Origin: a virus
IMG/VR virus record: IMGVR_UViG_3300022848_000014
Span: 9,734 to 73,733 of that record
Length of the DNA: 64,000 nucleotides
Strand: one strand, 5' to 3'
Numbering within the stretch: position 1 is the first letter of the stretch; the number at the start of each line of letters is the position of its first letter. The translations under genes and the position numbers were made by a program. The notes beneath the pieces are model-generated. The model did no database searches. It saw only the letters and a list, made by a program, of their open reading frames with translations, and had not been told where the DNA came from. Of this stretch, positions 59,103 to 64,000 are shown piece after piece.

Positions 59103-59831
59103 TTAAAATTCCCAATATGGGTCGCTTTTTGAGTCTGCGCCTGGTTGTTCATAGTTGGGGTTTGGTATGTTAACAGTGTCGGTAGGATTAGTGAGTCCTT
59201 CAGAAGTGGTCTCTTTTTTTTTACCCTCACCCTCACTAAGTTTTTTAAGAAGAGCAGCCCAATCCATGTTCTCGCCCAATGCACTAGCATTTGCGGAAAT
59301 TCCATCTAAAGCACCAAACATATTTTGAAGTCCCGATCCTTTGAGTGAACTTGCTAATGCAGCGTCATCAAGGAATGGTTGCATTTCATTTGTATCAAAC
59401 TGCATTTTCTCCCAACTGGCCATAGTATTGAGTTGACGGTTTAACTGTCCCTGATTCTTGTCTTTTCTCTCAGCGCCCTTGATGGCTAGGCCAAGGACAC
59501 TATCATTAGTGCTCTCACCAATACCCATGGCAGCTTCTAGTAATTGAGCAGGATTCCTTGCTCCTTCACGAGCACCTGCCAGGGACCTGGATGCGGACTT
59601 ATCTAATTGTTGCTCATAAACACCTTGAGCAGGAAGTAGGTTTTCTGAAGCAAGCTGCTTTGATCGTTCTAGTGCTTCAAGCGCGGACTTAGGTATGTCC
59701 ATGTACGGTCTCTCAAGCCCGTCCTCTAGCTTGTTTCCCCGTATATTTTGCACTATACCCATTGTGCCCTTAAAGATGTCGGGGGCAAAGCTTGCAAGTT
59801 TTAAAGCTGCTGATGCTGTGAGTGGGTCCAT
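59103..59831 (-). CDS. Putative internal virion/ejection protein
   Basis: MDPLTASAAL N-terminus, Ala/Gly/Gln-rich helical; preceded by TATTTTTG (59849-59856). Confidence 0.6.
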   Translation of the reverse strand: MDPLTASAALKLASFAPDIFKGTMGIVQNIRGNKLEDGLERPYMDIPKSALEALERSKQLASENLLPAQGVYEQQLDKSASRSLAGAREGARNPAQLLEAAMGIGESTNDSVLGLAIKGAERKDKNQGQLNRQLNTMASWEKMQFDTNEMQPFLDDAALASSLKGSGLQNMFGALDGISANASALGENMDWAALLKKLSEGEGKKKETTSEGLTNPTDTVNIPNPNYEQPGADSKSDPYWEF

Positions 59832-59934
59832 AACGAATTGAATTTTACCAAAAATAAAGAAGCAAAGATATATATCCTTGCTTCTCTGTAATCTTTATCA
59901 ACGAATGAACGTTACTTCTGCGTTTGTTAAGGCT

Positions 59935-61215
59935 CTACAAGCCTAGTTGACTTATCGTTTTTCCAAGATCATCCTCACTAATTTCTATTAACGAAGATTT
60001 TTTCCGTGAAAACGTTAAACTGAATCGTTCGGCATTTCCTAAGGTCTTGTAACGTTTTCTAGTAATTCTTCCTTTTTGAATAATAGCTAATTCAAGAATA
60101 TCTTCAGGAGAGAGAAGAACGTGATAGAATGAAAGGGTGTAATGCTTTGCCCCGCCTACTTCCGTATATTCAATTTTCTCTAATCCCCCGTCTTGCAATT
60201 CTGTTACCTCTGGCTCTACTACCTCTGGTTCTATTACCTCTGGTTCTATTACCTCTGGTTCTACTGGGTTCGGTAAACCCTTAACCCATCTTTGCATGAA
60301 ATTTCCAAATTTTGCTATCCCATTTCTACCGTACAAAGCAAAAGGATGATGATCAATTTTATACTTTTCTTGGTAAGTGGCTGGGTTTGATTTTGAGTAA
60401 AATACATGGAAGCCGAATCTATCTATTGACCCGATAGCTTTAAAAACAGTGTCAAAAAGATCCCTTGTTTTCGGATGATCTGCCCCATAATAACTACCCA
60501 TTTCTGTGATAACAGGAGTAGTTATATCGTTTAAAAAATCAAGACTCAAATTTTCAAAAGAAATCTCTTCATCACCATTGTCTTGCCCTGCTGGGGAAAG
60601 ATAAATATGGTAAGCAGTATGCACCCAGCTAGGAATATTAGCTCCAAAAATGTCATTTAAAGCAGTCTTAACTTTTACATTCCACTCACGTCGATAATAC
60701 ATTATGGCACTATTAGAACTATCGTAAGAAGCTCCGCAAACAATAACAGGTATAGTATTAATGTCAACACATGCTTCCCTCGAAACAAAAAATCTTTTTA
60801 GATCATAAATGTAATCTTCAACTGAGTATTGTTTAGAAACACCATTTTTGTGCAAATGGCCAAGAGCAAACTTTCTGAGGTACGTTTCGTTTGAAAACTC
60901 AATAGCTACCAATTTTGGAGTCAACAAATTTATTTTTTGGACTATTTTCAGTTGATTTTCAAAAGTGTCGTTTATGTTCCATACCCAAATAATATTAAGA
61001 CCGTGCTCATTGACATACGAAGCCATTTCTTGCAACTTTATATCATCAATGATGAAATGTCTATTTGAAGGTAATTGAGACTCTGGAACGTCTTCTATTT
61101 TTGCATAGGTCTTCATGGACTGTGTTCCCCCAGGAAGTCGAAGAGTAGTTACTTTATCAATAATAGGGAGACATTTCGAGAAATCAGTGTCGTCGAGCTT
61201 AGTTGTTACAATCAT
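59935..61215 (-). CDS. Glycoside hydrolase-like TIM barrel (clan GH-A-like)
   Basis: LRLPGGT, IEFSNE (acid/base), H.Y, VITEMG (nucleophile); EPEV(I/V) linker repeats. Confidence 0.55.
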   Translation of the reverse strand: MIVTTKLDDTDFSKCLPIIDKVTTLRLPGGTQSMKTYAKIEDVPESQLPSNRHFIIDDIKLQEMASYVNEHGLNIIWVWNINDTFENQLKIVQKINLLTPKLVAIEFSNETYLRKFALGHLHKNGVSKQYSVEDYIYDLKRFFVSREACVDINTIPVIVCGASYDSSNSAIMYYRREWNVKVKTALNDIFGANIPSWVHTAYHIYLSPAGQDNGDEEISFENLSLDFLNDITTPVITEMGSYYGADHPKTRDLFDTVFKAIGSIDRFGFHVFYSKSNPATYQEKYKIDHHPFALYGRNGIAKFGNFMQRWVKGLPNPVEPEVIEPEVIEPEVVEPEVTELQDGGLEKIEYTEVGGAKHYTLSFYHVLLSPEDILELAIIQKGRITRKRYKTLGNAERFSLTFSRKKSSLIEISEDDLGKTISQLGL

Positions 61216-61255
61216 TATGTCAAGGGTTTAGTTGAAATTTGACACAAGGTATGAA

Positions 61256-61543
61256 TTAGTCAACAAATTCATTATTTCGTTGCTCTATCGCTAAGTTCAA
61301 ACGCTTTCGCTCAAGGTCTAGGCGCTTTGACTCTTCCTCGATCAATTTGATTTTAAACTCTTGTCTAGCAAGTTTAATTCTAAAGATGTTGTAAATCATC
61401 AATACGGCTATTGCTAAACTACCAAGTGCCTCAACGTAAGGGAGCCCTCGAAATAATGCCCAAGTATAGTAGCCTCCTAAGACTACGTTCATCCATACCC
61501 ATTGGATTTCTCCATGAGCTCCTTCTAGTAAATGTTTTATCAT
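61256..61543 (-). CDS. Small membrane protein (holin-like)
   Basis: Two TM segments plus a charged coiled-coil tail. Confidence 0.5.
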   Translation of the reverse strand: MIKHLLEGAHGEIQWVWMNVVLGGYYTWALFRGLPYVEALGSLAIAVLMIYNIFRIKLARQEFKIKLIEEESKRLDLERKRLNLAIEQRNNEFVD

Positions 61544-62460
61544 GTGGTCAGCTTATTAATTATCCAGGTGTATATGTTGGCCCCAGGCGGGTTATTCGTA
61601 ACGTAAGTGCATTCTAATCCCCTAAGGTCAGCTATGTCTTTAAACTTCTGACTGAAATTAGGGTGGTGAATTAAGTCTCCAAATTCGGTAGGGTCATCAG
61701 TAGAATCGTTATTTTCTATGTACACAGGAACACCGACAGGATTGAATAGCTTATGTAGGTCTAAGCGTTCCCCGTAATTCCTTAGAGATAATGTGTCAAA
61801 ATCTTCAACATTTCCAGTGGCGGGTATTGGCATCCCGTAAAAAGGATATATCAGGTCTTTTATATCATTGTTTGCTAACAGGGAGGTAAAATTCCAAGTA
61901 GTGAAAAAGTCTCCCCACTTTCGAAAATTTAAAGGTTGAGGTCTTCTTGCGGCTACAAAGTTAGGAGTGGTTGACTCACCCCTGAAGTTGGTTGACCCTG
62001 CTAGTGCTAAATTGACGCTTGAGAAGTAAACACACATTCCCGCACCAGCCGACTTGCCATACATGCAAACATTATTTTTGTCTATCCCAAATAAATCCGC
62101 ATCGAATTTTATTCTCTGGATTGCATCCCGCACATCGGAGTATGCTTTTTTAACACCATCCCTATCAGTTCCGTCTGTAATAACAAATCTGTAGTTCAGG
62201 GAGATTACGGCAATATCAGCATCTATTAATGAGTTTAGGCCATTGGCTTCAACTGATGAGTTATAGACCCCGGCTTTACTTCCGCTAACGTAGCCCCCAC
62301 CGTGGATAAAAATAAGCAAAGGCTTAATTGCCGCACCCCCTATTGGTTTGTAAAAATCAAGGTCGCCTCTTTCTACACCCTTGTACTTTATGTCTTGATA
62401 ATACAAGGTGTTTATTGCAGAGAGAGGTCCGGGTAATGCTGATGGCTCTGGTAATGTCAT
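61540..62460 (-). CDS. Alpha/beta hydrolase (HSL-like esterase)
   Basis: IHGGGY oxyanion motif, LNYR, GKSAG nucleophile elbow, C-terminal D...HHP. Confidence 0.85.
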   Translation of the reverse strand: MTLPEPSALPGPLSAINTLYYQDIKYKGVERGDLDFYKPIGGAAIKPLLIFIHGGGYVSGSKAGVYNSSVEANGLNSLIDADIAVISLNYRFVITDGTDRDGVKKAYSDVRDAIQRIKFDADLFGIDKNNVCMYGKSAGAGMCVYFSSVNLALAGSTNFRGESTTPNFVAARRPQPLNFRKWGDFFTTWNFTSLLANNDIKDLIYPFYGMPIPATGNVEDFDTLSLRNYGERLDLHKLFNPVGVPVYIENNDSTDDPTEFGDLIHHPNFSQKFKDIADLRGLECTYVTNNPPGANIYTWIINKLTT

Positions 62461-64000
62461 GTTGCTTTCATTTTTAGCGTTAAAATAATTGTTCCTCTAT
62501 TACATACGTCTGCCGTAACGTCAATTCTCCCTACTAATATTTCAGGGTCATCCACATCAGCATTAATTGTGTGATCCCCTTTTAATCCGTTGTCCCCTGA
62601 CCCAGCCGTTACGGTCGCAATATCCCCCGATCCAACTCCCTGCACTATCTTGAAAACACCTTCGAAATCCGCACTCTGATTAGCCCCTTGTAAAGACACA
62701 ATGGTAAACGTGTCAGATATACCTAAACCCGTGTTGTTTGATGGGTTACATGGATGGTTAGTCCCTGTGGCTGAATTTGACGTTGATGTGAAGTAAAGGG
62801 TAGTAGTATCTACACTAAGCCACTTACTTCTTGATGTGTCATACTCAAACATCTTTCCTATATCCGTCCTAAAGAACCTCTGATAATCATTTGGAACTAG
62901 AGGGAATGCTGTTCCGCTTTTAGCCCCAGAGTCCTGCGCTTGGCTGTTGGTGTATATCTGCCTAATAACTCCATCAGGTAAATCATCGAGAGTTGGTGAA
63001 ACATCTCCCAAAGTAGGGTTTATTCCCAAAATTGACTGCACAATATCAACACCCTGAATTCCATCTATGGTGTCTGCATCGAATGCAATCTTTATTCTAG
63101 TAATAAAGTCTGCGGTAAGCATTTGTCTCACCCTATTCCCTGGGCCCATAAAGACCATGTATTCTGGCGGCACTGCTGACAAGTCTCTTTCCTCTGTTGT
63201 GGTAAGAGTAGGACCATTGTATCCTGCCCTATACTTTGGTGATGCTTCAGTAAGCCAATCAGCAGCAAGAAGAACTTCAGTAATAACAGTCCCGTCACTC
63301 AGAGATGTTCCCACAAAATCTTCAGCCATCCAAATACGTCCAGCTATCTTGACCCATCGGTAAAGGTTTCCGTCATGATCTTCTAGGTAATCTAAAGGTG
63401 GCTCACCAAGGCCGTCAAATACAAATCGAATCCCGATACCCTCATTGGAGCCAGCATCTCCATTGACAATAGAACCATTCTCAGTAAGAATTATTCTCTT
63501 ATCCGTTCCGTAACGAAAAGCCGCATAACCATTTCCATTCGGATAGCCGCCATTTGCCTGAGACACATACCCCGCAGGATAAGCGTTAAATTGATAATCA
63601 TCCGTTCCTGCCCAACTGCTTGGATCAGTAGATTGTCTTGGCCATGCGGGGTGATTGTCTGCCGTAATATTGAATGTAACAAAGGTGTCGGCCACCTTGC
63701 TCCCCTTTAGTTTGACACCATCATCACCAACATAAGCGAGTAGCGCAGCCATTTCTAATTCCGTAGGCATTCTCCATCCAGTAGGGGGGAGAAGCGCATT
63801 ATTGGCGGTATCCGCATCATACAGATTACCGTAGCCCTTGGCCTCATCCAGATCAAAACTCACCCGATCCAGAATGAGATCAGTTGTGTCGTCTTTGTAA
63901 TCGCTATCAATAAGGTTGTCCTGATCTTTGTTGACCATTTGAGCATAGGAAGGAGTCCCTTCAACAGTAAATAGTTGAGCAACCGTAGCTAGGTCTTCTG
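62457..64000 (-). CDS. Tail fibre/receptor-binding protein with Fib_succ_major (FISUMP)-like domain; probably 5'-truncated
   Basis: Frame stays open from 63938 to the window end; YGNLY, P.GWRMPT, FNAYPAGY, GIGIRFV, D.DGNLY..VKI.GRIWMAED. Confidence 0.7.
   Translation of the reverse strand, partial: EDLATVAQLFTVEGTPSYAQMVNKDQDNLIDSDYKDDTTDLILDRVSFDLDEAKGYGNLYDADTANNALLPPTGWRMPTELEMAALLAYVGDDGVKLKGSKVADTFVTFNITADNHPAWPRQSTDPSSWAGTDDYQFNAYPAGYVSQANGGYPNGNGYAAFRYGTDKRIILTENGSIVNGDAGSNEGIGIRFVFDGLGEPPLDYLEDHDGNLYRWVKIAGRIWMAEDFVGTSLSDGTVITEVLLAADWLTEASPKYRAGYNGPTLTTTEERDLSAVPPEYMVFMGPGNRVRQMLTADFITRIKIAFDADTIDGIQGVDIVQSILGINPTLGDVSPTLDDLPDGVIRQIYTNSQAQDSGAKSGTAFPLVPNDYQRFFRTDIGKMFEYDTSRSKWLSVDTTTLYFTSTSNSATGTNHPCNPSNNTGLGISDTFTIVSLQGANQSADFEGVFKIVQGVGSGDIATVTAGSGDNGLKGDHTINADVDDPEILVGRIDVTADVCNRGTIILTLKMKAT

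Noticed and set aside
59214-59222. A9 run in the 242-aa ORF as a second frameshift
   Set aside because: The -1 frame stops within a few codons and the +1 frame stops at 59087, before the next gene, so no fusion is possible.
62457-64000. Diversity-generating retroelement targeting the FISUMP domain
   Set aside because: No reverse transcriptase or TR/VR repeat pair seen in the window; it cannot be excluded outside the window.
1-64000. Stop-codon reassignment as in some crAss-like phages
   Set aside because: Genes are full length and tightly packed under the standard code, with TAG and TGA used as normal stops.

Overview
A 64-kb segment of a lytic Bacteroidota podovirus with crAss-like head genes. 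Layout: (i) minus-strand head module at 1-11.9 kb (partial tail/hub protein, capsid-associated protein, MCP, scaffold, portal, TerL and a tandem GroES-like protein); (ii) a ~0.7-kb non-coding gap, then an A-rich early region (12.6-20 kb) punctuated by four copies of a 43-bp hairpin repeat; (iii) a minus-strand replication/recombination arm (DnaG, RecT-like, SSB-like, RuvC-like, YqaJ, helicase, initiator); (iv) a plus-strand arm with GroES/GroEL, an Acb2/Tad1-like protein and a tRNA-like RNA; (v) lysis genes, a giant polyvalent virion protein, and tail-associated hydrolase/lectin genes. Main finding: two integron-like gene-cassette arrays (29.4-33.55 kb and 43.3-45.1 kb). Each complete cassette is bounded by complementary GTT.../...AAC cores and attC-like hairpins. 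Both arrays are anchored on the same 84-bp element (82/84 identical, inverted copies) at the attI-equivalent position, and they carry mostly DNA methyltransferase/modification genes. No integrase is visible in the window. Also notable: a dual-frame C5 methyltransferase, a probable -1 frameshift into the giant protein, and several candidate structured RNAs. All assignments come from motif recognition by eye; no database searches were run.
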